Assembly: GCA_034226945.1 (NCBI GenBank)
Contig: CP120457.1
Span: forward strand, 992,001 to 1,056,000
Source of the DNA: Picochlorum sp. SENEW3
Lineage: Eukaryota
DNA length: 64,000 bases
Direction: 5' to 3'
Position numbers and translations under genes: made by a program. Under the pieces are notes generated by a model that saw nothing but the letters and a program-made list of their open reading frames with translations, made no database searches and was not told where the DNA came from. How positions within the stretch are numbered: position 1 is the first letter of the stretch; each line of letters opens with the position of its first letter. Below are positions 48,432 to 58,620 of the stretch, one piece after another.

Positions 48432-48896
48432 ATGAATGCGATTTCCACTGGTACGCGTCAGCTGTCGGTCTGTCGGCAGACCATTGCTGCCATGTTTTCA
48501 ACGCAAACAGGGAATACTCTCGCCACAACGAAGGACCAGGTATCAAAAGTGGCTCATGAACTGACTCAGTCAGAACCTCAGATTACTGTACCAGGGCAAG
48601 CATTCTCGGGGGACTATAGGTCGACATCGGCTCTCGGCACAGGGGATGGCCTCTCGAATCACACAGCGAAATGGTGGCAGCCAGAGATGGGTGGAACACA
48701 GACGAGTCCTTTGGAGTATTGCCAGGCTGCGGAGCCAATCAAGGTGGATTCTATGGTGGTAGCGAGCACGGGTAGCGATGATGCTTCGCTGGGATGTCCA
48801 GTAGAGTATATTAGTCTGAAGGGCACAAGCAAGGAGAACCCTGCAGTGTGCAAATATACGGGTCTCAAGTATTACAGTGATGCGTGGAGGCATTGA
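48432..48896 (+). CDS. NDUFS6: Mitochondrial complex I 13-kDa-A subunit (NDUFS6)
   Basis: Presequence-like N-terminus, then HTAKW..SPLEY..PIKV..LGCPVEYISLK..PAVCKYTGLKY. Confidence 0.82.
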   Translation: MNAISTGTRQLSVCRQTIAAMFSTQTGNTLATTKDQVSKVAHELTQSEPQITVPGQAFSGDYRSTSALGTGDGLSNHTAKWWQPEMGGTQTSPLEYCQAAEPIKVDSMVVASTGSDDASLGCPVEYISLKGTSKENPAVCKYTGLKYYSDAWRH

Positions 48897-48951
48897 TTGA
48901 TTTATCCTCTTTTGATATGTTTTTTGATATGTATTAGTATTGTTGTTAGTC

Positions 48952-49722
48952 TTATTTCCTACGTTTGCTCAGCCTGGATTCGTCCACGTCCCTCTCACCC
49001 AGGGGCCCCTGCTTTGGAGCCAATTTCTTGCTCTCAGCAACCGACGCGAGCACCTTTTCTCGCGCCTCCTGAACCTTTTCTTTCCTATACGATTGGACAC
49101 TATCACGCTTTTCCTGCGCAGAGTCGATATTGTTGGCCTGCTCCTCCAGAAAGTAGGCCACCTTTCCAGCCTGCTCGAGCCACACATCCAACGACTGAAT
49201 CATCCCCTCAAACTTCTCTGGCGACACATCTCGAGGGATGGCGCTCAGTACGTGTATCCTACCCATCTGCTGATCTAATCGCCCCTCTACAAGACCAGTG
49301 TAGATGCACTGATGCACCACAAACGACTCCAGCTCCTGAACACTGTGCATATCCAGGACATTCATAACCTCTTGATACTCTAGATACTTTGTATTCTCGC
49401 ACATCGATACCAGAGTGAGACATTTTAATTTCATCTCCTGATTCTTGTCCAGTGTAATGTACTTGTTTGTTCCTTGCGCACGTACATAGTCCGGCCAGGT
49501 CCCATGAGCAAACAGTACCAATGTCTGTAGCCAACAAGTGCCCTCTTCGCTTCGAATGACTGACGCTAATCCGCCATCAGAAGAACTCGTCGTTGCATGT
49601 TGATCCTTATCAGTGACCCCATTGTGTAACAGAGATCCGAAATGAAACCTAGTTGGTTCTGAAATTGCCTGACTAATTAACTCAATCGCTTGGGCTTCTT
49701 CTTCTTCTTCTACAGGCGCCAT
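48952..49722 (-). CDS. CSN7: COP9 signalosome subunit 7 (PCI domain)
   Basis: Motifs FHFGSLL, LFAHGTWPDY, KLKCLTLVSM, ELESFVV..IYTGLVEGRLDQ and RDV..L..W. Confidence 0.9.
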   Translation of the reverse strand: MAPVEEEEEAQAIELISQAISEPTRFHFGSLLHNGVTDKDQHATTSSSDGGLASVIRSEEGTCWLQTLVLFAHGTWPDYVRAQGTNKYITLDKNQEMKLKCLTLVSMCENTKYLEYQEVMNVLDMHSVQELESFVVHQCIYTGLVEGRLDQQMGRIHVLSAIPRDVSPEKFEGMIQSLDVWLEQAGKVAYFLEEQANNIDSAQEKRDSVQSYRKEKVQEAREKVLASVAESKKLAPKQGPLGERDVDESRLSKRRK

Positions 49723-49940
49723 GGCGTTTCTATATAGACAGGTATATGTGTCTAGGATTTTGATGTCTAGTCTCGAGAGTATTCTTATCTTTTAAGCGAG
49801 AAGATTCAGCTTTTTTGAGGAGAATTCAAGACCGTGGATGTTTTTTCTTAAAGTTTTATACAAGGAGTTCCACTAGATTCAAAACCAATGCTTGGTTCGC
49901 AGAACGTTCTAGATGTTATGAATGAGGTAGATGTAATTCG

Positions 49941-50819
49941 ATGGCATTATTGCTAGGTACCGCTCTTGCGCAACAGCGCGTGTCGTTGACGAAACCACTG
50001 TCTCGACGTTTGGTCGTCTCTAGAAGTATTCAACGACGGAAGGGCAAATATCCCTTGGTGATAGCATCGTCACCTCTAGATAAAAGTAAATTTCATGAAT
50101 CTAGCAATGGGAGCGGGTCGATCAGTCCGACGTCGAAAGCAAGTGGCAAAGGAGACTACGACACGTCCTTGTCGTATGTCAAGGAAGACTATCCCACAGG
50201 ATTGAATGCCCAAGGTGAAACTAATAGTATCAAGAGTCGTGCTGGGATGGGGAATGGCGTATTTCTGATGCTGATGGTCAACTTTGCCTTGCACACGGTT
50301 GCATACTTTTGGAATCCTACCTGGGTTCATTCCCTGGCACTCTCCCATTCAAGCCCAAAGATTTGGCAATTTGTGACAGCTGCATTTGTGCATGCAAATT
50401 GGGATCATCTATTTGGTAATGCCTTCTCACTCCTTGTATTCGGGCGTATGGTGGAGGAAGAAGAGGGAGCTCTGGGATTGTGGGTGACATACATTATTTG
50501 CGGGATTTCTGGAAATATTGCATCATACTTGTCCAGTCCTGGATCTGCGACGATTTCTTTGGGTGCTTCGAGCGCGGTGTTTGGCCTTTTCATGGTTGGT
50601 GTGCTCACCAAGCTGAGGCCAAGTGTGAAGCAGCTGTTGGAAGCTGCTATTCTGGGAAGCTATGTGGTGAAGCAAGTACTACAGGAAGTACAAATGGTGG
50701 CATCCGGGGCGTCGATCGTTGCGGGCCAAATGACGGTGGGACATATGGCTCATTTGGGCGGTGCTGCTGGTGGGGTATTGCTGGTGATTTTATTATCTCG
50801 TTTGCCCCCAGTTCCGTAA
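49941..50819 (+). CDS. Rhomboid-like intramembrane serine protease, probably plastid
   Basis: WQFVTAAFVHANWDHLFGN, catalytic GASSAVFG and HMAHLGG. Confidence 0.92.
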   Translation: MALLLGTALAQQRVSLTKPLSRRLVVSRSIQRRKGKYPLVIASSPLDKSKFHESSNGSGSISPTSKASGKGDYDTSLSYVKEDYPTGLNAQGETNSIKSRAGMGNGVFLMLMVNFALHTVAYFWNPTWVHSLALSHSSPKIWQFVTAAFVHANWDHLFGNAFSLLVFGRMVEEEEGALGLWVTYIICGISGNIASYLSSPGSATISLGASSAVFGLFMVGVLTKLRPSVKQLLEAAILGSYVVKQVLQEVQMVASGASIVAGQMTVGHMAHLGGAAGGVLLVILLSRLPPVP

Positions 50820-51493
50820 ACTGCATCATCTCAAATGCCTCTTCTGCAGTGTCTAATGTATTTCATAGTTATTGAATCTGTTCGAGGCGTATCGTATGGC
50901 TCACACAAGGTTTCATTAGTCAATTCAGGAGGAACCATGAGCAGCTGAGGGACGCAGTAGCAACTGAAGCCTACTAGATTGTAGGGGGCCTGCAATTGCC
51001 ATAGCCAGTCCAACGCAGTTGGAACCGACCCCAATTATGTTTCGTAGTATTTGTAAAACAGTGGAAATTCTAAAAGGATGAATGTTTCCATATGAGATAG
51101 CCAAAGCATCCTTGGTATGATCAACCTGCCCTACTATGTATTTAGGAGAATGCTCTTGACAACAGCTGTAGTCATCAAGATTACCTAAGATGCCAGGGGT
51201 TCGTGATCTTTGAAAACAGCCATAGATGCGTGAACCCTACTCTGCCCAACCCTCAAATACATATTGTCTGGAATATGTATAGACTTTGAAGCCCGTGCAA
51301 ATCGCAGGAAATAGGAAAACGCTGATATCTATCCACTGTGGAAGACTCTGCAGTACTGCGCATCAGTGTTGCAAACCGTACACATCGGTGGGGTACTTTC
51401 GCCATATTTTTTTTAAACTCTTTACAAACCTTGAGAGGAACCCTCTGGAAAGTGTAAAGGTGCTCCGCCCCCAAGTCATTGTTGCCGCGTCCC

Positions 51494-54289
51494 ATGGGTC
51501 TCCTACACTCCGCTGCGACACTGCTGTTGCTGATTGGCGGCATCAGAGCTGCTACAGATCAATCTATATGCTCTTGGCAAGAATTTGAGCTCCCTGCGAA
51601 GGGAACTTGGGTAGAGCCCCTGGTGTACAAGTTACAACTTGATGTGCTAATGCAAGAACCATGGACAGTCACAGGAGAGTCTGCTATTGACGTCATTGTG
51701 CATCAGCCGACAAAGTGCGTGGTTCTCAACTCTGTTGGAGTCAATATCACAGAAGCAGGGGCACAGGATCTTGGTTCTGCTGCCCTTTCATATAAGGAAC
51801 AGGTGGAGCAGGTGACTTTACAATTTGACAGGCCTCTGCCAGCTGGAAATCATACTTTACTGTTTCAGTTCAGATATGAGATGAAGAAGGCCCTAAATGG
51901 ATTTTATAGGAGTACGTACGTGCAGGATAGAGAGGAAAAGACCATAGCAGTCAGTCAGTTTGAATCAGTGGCAGCAAGGAAGGCTTTTCCATGCTTTGAT
52001 GAACCCAGTAGCAGGTCTGAGTTCGAAATTTCTATTACGACTGATAAAAAGTACACAGTACTATCTAATATGCCACCTGCTCAAGTAATGGAATCAAAAA
52101 CCCACAAAGCATGGTTCTTTGAAAGGACCCCTCCCATGTCAACATACTTGGTTGCATTTTTGGTTGGGGAACTCGGAACTAGGATGACCACTATCCCGCG
52201 CTATGACAATCAAACTGGTGTGGAAAAGACTCCAAAATATTGGTTTGGTGGACAAAGTCCTCGAAACCTCTCTGTTTCCGGAAATCCTGATCAAACAAAA
52301 GACGCTGAGTATGGCTTGGATAGTGCCGCTCAGCTGTTGCTTGCCATGGAAGACTCTTTCAAGATAGCATATGCCCTTCCAAATATGAAACTAGTTGGTT
52401 TGGCTGACTTTAGTGCAGGAGCAATGGAAAATTGGGGTCTCCTCACATATAGGGCAAGTCTCATTCTCGCTTCAAGCACCACATCATTTCTTGGGAAGCA
52501 GGAAATATTGACAACAATAGCTCATGAGGTTGCACACCAGTGGTTTGGAAACCTCGTCACCCTTGAGTGGTGGAATTCTTTATGGGCCAAAGAATCGTGG
52601 GCTACTCTGTTTCAATATCTTGCAGCAGACGTTGTCGACCCAGAAGGAGGCACCATGATTGATTTCCAAACAGGTGTTTTGAGAGGAAGCTTCCAGGAGG
52701 ACCTCAAGGAGCCAATTGCTCGCTCACGCAATGCAATAAATTCTCCTGGTGATATTGGGGCTCTGTATAATACTGTTGTATATCAGAAGGGTGCCAGTAT
52801 CGTATATATGCTTCGCCAGTGGGTTGACCGCAATGAATCATCTCAGATTCTGAACCCCATGCTTGATTCTAGCTCTTTGTTCATGGATGCGGTGAGGACA
52901 TATCTCTATAATTTTAGCTATGAGGCTGTATCCTCAGAGCAGCTGCTGGAGAATTTTGGAGAATCCTTGGGAATGGACATCCCTGGAATGATGCAGACTT
53001 GGTTGTATGAACCTAGCTATCCAGTTGTCTTTGTGCGCAGAGATCAAGAGACTGGGCAGGTGTGGCTGGTCCAGAGACCAATGCTGGATAATGCTACATT
53101 CGGCAACTCATGTGATGAAAACAGTCTGTGGTGGATTCCTGTGGCGTTTAGAACCAGCATGGCTCCTGAACAGGTTATGTGGACACAGATTGAAACATGC
53201 CAATCCTCTGTACCTATCACAATACTGCCGGACGATGCATGGATCTATGTGAACACAGGATCATATGGTCATTACCGTGTGATCTACGACTCTCACTTGA
53301 TGGGGAAATTAATAGAAGCTGTCCCTGTTCCCGGAGCTCTCCCGGATATTGATCTTCTCTCCTTGATGCAAGATGTTACAGCCTTACCGGCAGATGGTCG
53401 AATTGGGGCGTTCATCACATTGACTCAGATTGTAAAGTCTAGGGCAATAACAGACAATTTATCTTACGCTGAGGCATTGCGTGGTATGGTGATGCTTGCA
53501 CGTAGATTGAATTGTTCTGAGGATCTTGGCAGGTATTCACGAAGGTTCATTTATGAACCAATGCTGGAGTTGCCGGTGCCTGGTTATCCGAATCTCACCG
53601 GCCGGGATGTTTTGGGAGTCCAAAACTTGAGTGAAGATGTTCCAGCCAACATTCAAATATTGAAATCAAAGCTCTTCGGCTTGATTGGAGATCTGGATGG
53701 ACCCACTGTACCAGAGATCGATTTCCAGGGGTACTTTGATCAGATTTTAGATGGGAATATTGAGCAGGACATCGATCCATCCTCGTATTTCTTCATCATG
53801 AATCAGGTGATGAGAACAGGACGCCAGGAGGTACTTGATAAAGCCGTCGAAACGTTGCAAAACACGAATGATGCATCCCTCAAGGTTGAGATATTGAGGG
53901 CAATTCCATATTTCCCAAATCAAACCCGCATATTGGAGCTGGCTCTCTCTCCATCGATTCGTGGACAAGATACCTTGAGTTTGATTCGAGGCACAGCAAG
54001 GAACCCATCTGCTGGGTTGACCTGTACTGAATGGGTGGCCGAAAATTTTGAACAACTCTCTGCAAAGATTGGCCCTACTTTGGGGAGTGGATTGGAGTCG
54101 GTATGCATAAACGTTGTCACCGATGAACGCGCCATTTCCGCGCTGAAGAAAATTGCTAATGCCTTTCCAGACTCTTTGAAAAATGTGGAAAACGCGATAG
54201 CAAAAGTCCAGCGTAATAGAGCTTCAATCGAACAGATCCAAGGTGTGTGTTCCATTGTGTCTGATATTTTGGTCAGCAGGATTGAGTGA
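51494..54289 (+). CDS. Secreted M1 family aminopeptidase N (ERAP1-like C-terminus)
   Basis: Signal peptide, SQFESVAARKAFPCFDEP, GAMENWGL, HEVAHQWFGNLVT..E and YQKGAS. Confidence 0.93.
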   Translation: MGLLHSAATLLLLIGGIRAATDQSICSWQEFELPAKGTWVEPLVYKLQLDVLMQEPWTVTGESAIDVIVHQPTKCVVLNSVGVNITEAGAQDLGSAALSYKEQVEQVTLQFDRPLPAGNHTLLFQFRYEMKKALNGFYRSTYVQDREEKTIAVSQFESVAARKAFPCFDEPSSRSEFEISITTDKKYTVLSNMPPAQVMESKTHKAWFFERTPPMSTYLVAFLVGELGTRMTTIPRYDNQTGVEKTPKYWFGGQSPRNLSVSGNPDQTKDAEYGLDSAAQLLLAMEDSFKIAYALPNMKLVGLADFSAGAMENWGLLTYRASLILASSTTSFLGKQEILTTIAHEVAHQWFGNLVTLEWWNSLWAKESWATLFQYLAADVVDPEGGTMIDFQTGVLRGSFQEDLKEPIARSRNAINSPGDIGALYNTVVYQKGASIVYMLRQWVDRNESSQILNPMLDSSSLFMDAVRTYLYNFSYEAVSSEQLLENFGESLGMDIPGMMQTWLYEPSYPVVFVRRDQETGQVWLVQRPMLDNATFGNSCDENSLWWIPVAFRTSMAPEQVMWTQIETCQSSVPITILPDDAWIYVNTGSYGHYRVIYDSHLMGKLIEAVPVPGALPDIDLLSLMQDVTALPADGRIGAFITLTQIVKSRAITDNLSYAEALRGMVMLARRLNCSEDLGRYSRRFIYEPMLELPVPGYPNLTGRDVLGVQNLSEDVPANIQILKSKLFGLIGDLDGPTVPEIDFQGYFDQILDGNIEQDIDPSSYFFIMNQVMRTGRQEVLDKAVETLQNTNDASLKVEILRAIPYFPNQTRILELALSPSIRGQDTLSLIRGTARNPSAGLTCTEWVAENFEQLSAKIGPTLGSGLESVCINVVTDERAISALKKIANAFPDSLKNVENAIAKVQRNRASIEQIQGVCSIVSDILVSRIE

Positions 54290-54664
54290 TATCTCGTGCT
54301 GACGAATAGTACACTACTTGCATACGTCGTATGAAATACTATTTTTTTCATATTGTAACTCAAAGCTCTCTTTATCTCTTTATTTATATGTGTGTGTGAA
54401 GTAAGGTATGTTGTTCCCTGAAGATCTCTCTCTGTTTGAACTGGACCAGACCACCCACACCGGATGGGGACCCTACCAGGCGTCAACTTCGTGTCAGCCA
54501 CATTGTCTAACTTATATATGCATACTGGGCTGTATAATATCGCTCGTATAAGCCTCAAAATCCTTGGTATAGGCCAAAATCACAATTCGATATGTTTATA
54601 TTAGTGGAAAAATTCGGGATTGACATTCACGTAGTTTCTCGCGCATGTCCCATGCGGTGTAGCC

Positions 54665-54770
54665 ACCAATAGGTCCCCCGTTCGACTCGGGGTGGTCGGA
54701 CTATCGATGTCTCCATTCATCTAATGGATTCACCGACCATAGCTCAGTTGGCTAGAGCGATTGGCTGTAA
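54665..54770 (+). tRNA. Circularly permuted tRNA-Tyr(GTA): 3' half at 54665-54700 precedes 5' half at 54733-54770
   Basis: 5' half CCGACCA-TA-GCTC-AGTTGGCTA-GAGC-G-ATTGG-CT-GTA-A. 3' half A-CCAAT-AGGTC-CCCCG-TTCGACT-CGGGG-TGGTCGG-A. All four stems pair perfectly, and the C1-G72/A73 Tyr identity elements are present. Confidence 0.92.
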
Positions 54771-54778
54771 ACTTCATC

Positions 54779-54783
54779 TTTTT
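54779..54783 (+). terminator. Pol III terminator (T5) of the permuted tRNA
   Basis: TTTTT 8 nt after tRNA position 37. Confidence 0.7.
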
Positions 54784-54901
54784 GCGTCGTTTTTGATCCA
54801 TGATCCACCGCAATATGTGCACATGGCCAGCAGGAGACTGCTGCTGCAAGACTGCCTCAGTCTTCTACAAATGTTGACTTCTTCGATGATGTTTTGCATC
54901 G

Positions 54902-54955
54902 CACACACACACACATATATTTCGAGAGAGAGGGTAAAATCTATAGCATTCTGGG

Positions 54956-54986
<31 letters not shown>
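54902..54986. repeat. (CA)n/(TA)n and (TA)n(TG)n microsatellites in inverted arrangement
   Basis: cacacacacacacatatat ... atatatatatgtgtgtgtgtgtg. Confidence 0.85.
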
Positions 54987-55252
54987 AAGAGAGCGAATCG
55001 AGACTGGTGTTTTGTATTGAGAGCCAGCTCTTGGGATTTTGGGCGCCACTCGTGATCATCCACCTCGAGGTGGTTGGTTGGTCGGTCGATACCCTTGATG
55101 CAACGATAGGTGGATGGACAAGCATGCTTTGCGCATGATAAGAATTAAATATTACATTTGGAATATTTGACAGGTATCGAACGTGGTATCGAGTCTGCCG
55201 GTGTGTCAGTGGTCACAACGACGAGGTGGATTTTTCTCTTGGATACTAGACA

Positions 55253-56530
55253 ATGACAGACAACCATAGCAAGCTTGCTCTTAGAGATCTTAGCAATATT
55301 CAACATGGAAATAGCATTGTGGGGAAGAAGGGGGTGTCGTTGGACTCGGTGTCGTCGGTTGGTGCGTGGTTGTCATGTGGATGGGTACTTGCGGTATACT
55401 ACTGCTACTGACGTATGTGAAATATTGCAGATATCAGTGCGCTGATGAAAAAAGCCATGTCTACGCAGCAGGATAATGCATGTCGGCCTCGAAAGGAAGC
55501 GACGGTGGCTGTGTATCAAGATTTTGATGACAAGGAAAATGCAGTGGGACAACGTACGTCTGGTGGCAATGGAAAGAAAGGGCTTGGTCATCGGCGCCCA
55601 GAGACGAGGAATAGTATGGTTCAGAGGCCGGCGCGATATGGTGATTGGTTTGATGGGGATGATGCTGAACTGGAGAAGATGGTTGATGAATTCAATGACG
55701 AGCAGGTACAACAAGGGAACAAGAAGGATGGTTCGGATGTGGCTCGTCATGTGAGGGAAATAGCGGATGGATTGTGCAGTCAGTTGGACTCTTTGATTGA
55801 TGAGAGTGAGCTGGAGGGCAGTGCTGATGAGCAGAGTTTGCGGGACAAGTTGTTGGAGTCTTGGGAGGGCAAGAGTTATTACGATAGGCTGCTGCAAATG
55901 ACTGGTAGCAATGAGACGACTAGTACATTGATTCAAAAATCGCTGGAAAAGCAAGGGAAGGCACGCTGCCAGCAAGACAAGGCGGGGAGTCCATCTGATT
56001 CTTCTGATAGCATGCACTCCACAGAGCCGCTCCTTTCTCCTCCAAAAAGGAGGGGCCATAGATCAAAGCAACAAAGCCTTGAAGTGAAAATACCAGACCA
56101 TCCTCTGATTCCAGAGGAAGCATTGACTGTAGTAGACAAGAATAAAAGGAGCACAACTCAAAAGCAGCAACCGACTGGGCCAGGGCTATTGAAAGTGTCT
56201 GCTCGTGGGTCAAAAGCGGGAATGGCACCGTGGGAAACAAAACAGGACAGTACGATGTCTCGCAAAGCCCAGGCTGCGAGGAAGCAGCTTCGCAGCCATC
56301 AAGGAGCCTATGCAAGTGCAGAAGGCAGTGCCAAAGCCCTTGGGATGAAATTGTCCAGCCTCAAGGAAAAGCCGGTATCGTTGAAACATGCGACTGAAAT
56401 AAAAAAGGAATACGACGCAATGCATTCAGAGGTGCAATCTTTGCTCGCAGCCGTGACCAGCCTTGCCAGCAGCATCTCTGCTGGCAGGGCTCAGATTGAC
56501 ACTGTTGTGACATCACTTCAAAAGGACTAG
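55253..56530 (+). CDS. Hypothetical protein with C-terminal coiled coil and APC/C degron-like motifs; intron 55362-55430
   Basis: G|GTGCGT..TTGCAG|AT joins exon 1 (KLALRDLSNI) in frame to the 361-aa ORF containing DKEN. Confidence 0.7.
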
Positions 56531-56646
56531 GCCTTTAATTTCCTCTCTCTTTAACACAGACTAACACTTGTTCTTCTTACACTTTCGTTATCAAAGGGCA
56601 TGTCATTGAAAATCCAACATAGTAATGTACATACATCCTGCATTGT

Positions 56647-57891
56647 TTAAAACTCTGGAGGCAATGTGTGTCTTCGGAGGCACCGACCAGATGCTTGCTT
56701 CTGCTGAGGAGGCTCCATGTCATCATGAGTATCCTCATGCATGTGTAATGTTGATGCGTGCATGTGGACTGTATGCCTCCTTGTTAAACGCCTCTCCGCC
56801 TTGTCCATGTACGGCACAGAGTACACCCCTCCAAGAACTGATACTTTGGTTTCCACTGGTATTACCTTGCTCGGCGTTGATGCTGTCGTGATGAGATAGA
56901 CTCCACACAGCAAAATCACAGTCCCTACTGCAAACATCACCTTCTCAACAACATTCATGTTTTTGATCTCTTCAAAGTAGATTGATCCGCATGCCATTGA
57001 CAGAATAATCCATCCAACCTGAAGAATGGGCATGATGATGGAGACTGGAAACATTTTGAGACCCTTGTTGAACCTTGACACCCAAAAAAAGGCGGTGCCC
57101 AAGAAGAGAACGACCACGAGCCATGTATACCAATGACCAGCTTGAGAATCTCCAGATATTGTTGTTCGTAAAAGCAAACTCATACTCTTTCCATACAACA
57201 CGCTCTGAGTGCCTATTGTAGCAGCATATAGCATGTACGCTATAGGAAGCCATCGGTACCACTTTCCCATCTGTTCAGGGGTCCTATCCGCATGGCGTGG
57301 AACGCGAGTTTTCCCAAACTTGTACAACACATAGGCCATCAGACACACAACGCTGGCCACGGACAAATAGACAATATACGCCGGGTTACTATAGAGGTCT
57401 AGCAGTTCATCTGCGGTAAATGATGGACTCTCATGCGACCCAAATGCCACGAGCAACACGCATCCGGCCACCACAACCAAGGTTCCAACAACAATATACC
57501 GATTCAAGCGTTCCTTGTTCACCAGTCTCGAAAACACGACATTGCTCACAAATTGTACACTACCTAGAGCTGCAAGTAAAGACTGAGCAGCAAATGCAAA
57601 ACTTGCAAAATTGGCGACATTCGCAACGACAAAGACGACCATGGATGCAAGCCACAACCTGTTGGGTTTGACCTTGAACCAAGCACCTGGACTCTTCAAC
57701 AACCTCGGCATGGGCTCCTCCGACTTTTCCTTTATCCCATTAAATCTTGTATGAGCCAATTTAATGCAGTTCGTAGACAAATTAATGCATAATGACCCCA
57801 GCAGATTGATCACAACGCCAGCCACCCACAAGGTATTACTGGAGGATGACGCCGCATCTTCTTCTTGGGACGTCGATATTCCATCATCCAT
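56647..57891 (-). CDS. NIPA-family (DMT) magnesium transporter-like protein
   Basis: About 9 TM segments, with ANFASFAFAAQSLLAALGSVQFVSN and GSIYFEE. Confidence 0.88.
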   Translation of the reverse strand: MDDGISTSQEEDAASSSSNTLWVAGVVINLLGSLCINLSTNCIKLAHTRFNGIKEKSEEPMPRLLKSPGAWFKVKPNRLWLASMVVFVVANVANFASFAFAAQSLLAALGSVQFVSNVVFSRLVNKERLNRYIVVGTLVVVAGCVLLVAFGSHESPSFTADELLDLYSNPAYIVYLSVASVVCLMAYVLYKFGKTRVPRHADRTPEQMGKWYRWLPIAYMLYAATIGTQSVLYGKSMSLLLRTTISGDSQAGHWYTWLVVVLFLGTAFFWVSRFNKGLKMFPVSIIMPILQVGWIILSMACGSIYFEEIKNMNVVEKVMFAVGTVILLCGVYLITTASTPSKVIPVETKVSVLGGVYSVPYMDKAERRLTRRHTVHMHASTLHMHEDTHDDMEPPQQKQASGRCLRRHTLPPEF

Positions 57892-58620
57892 CCTATTTCT
57901 AGATTCTATTGATTCCAATTAATGGGTGGAAATCAATACACAGCCTCGCACATGCTCTTGGTACCATATCAGAATTCCGCCTCGTCAACAGAAAGTTTGT
58001 TGCAACGACGGGCTCGCACAGATTGAATCAACCATCCAGAGCCTCCTCCGACCGGACAAGGGCAACGCACACTTCAGGCAGACAACACATCACCCACGTC
58101 GTCTTTTTCGACGCCATCTACCGCATTGTATGCATTCTTCAGAGAGAAGACACTGATCATAGAAGAGTACGCGTGCATCCAGGGTGAATTGCCGTTGTGC
58201 AAGGGCAATGAGTGCCATCCAGTATGAGATCCACAGCAGTGGATCAACACCAACAATTTTACCACCATGAAAACAATTTGCTAGACGTCCCTATACTCGC
58301 CTGTTCTGCCTCCTAACTCATTCGTTATTTTATTGAAAAGAATATTTCACCAAAGTAATAAACAATGCATGAGGTTTGATACCGATACGAATTTCGAACC
58401 CCTGGATTTCTTCGTAACCACGTTGAGAAGCTTTGAAAACGAATGTGATCTTAGAATGGTGCAGCATTTGTTTTACTAATACTAACAAGGCTGGTTGTTC
58501 AGATATCAAAGGATTTGAGGGCACTGAAGAGGTCCGGAAGGAGTGACGAGTGACTTTTGTGCTCCAAGTGTTGTCCTTGTTGCATTCATAGAATTGACTG
58601 TTGGCACCGATCAGCCCCCA

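Noticed and set aside
51196..51240. Hairpin GGGTTCG..TGAACCC as a SECIS element or snRNA
   Set aside because: Lacks proper SECIS geometry, no adjacent in-frame TGA selenoprotein, and no Sm site or snRNA motifs.
54733..54783. Truncated tRNA pseudogene or conventional intron-containing tRNA-Tyr
   Set aside because: No 3' half follows downstream (a T5 terminator does instead), while an exactly complementary 3' half lies upstream. Permutation explains it better.
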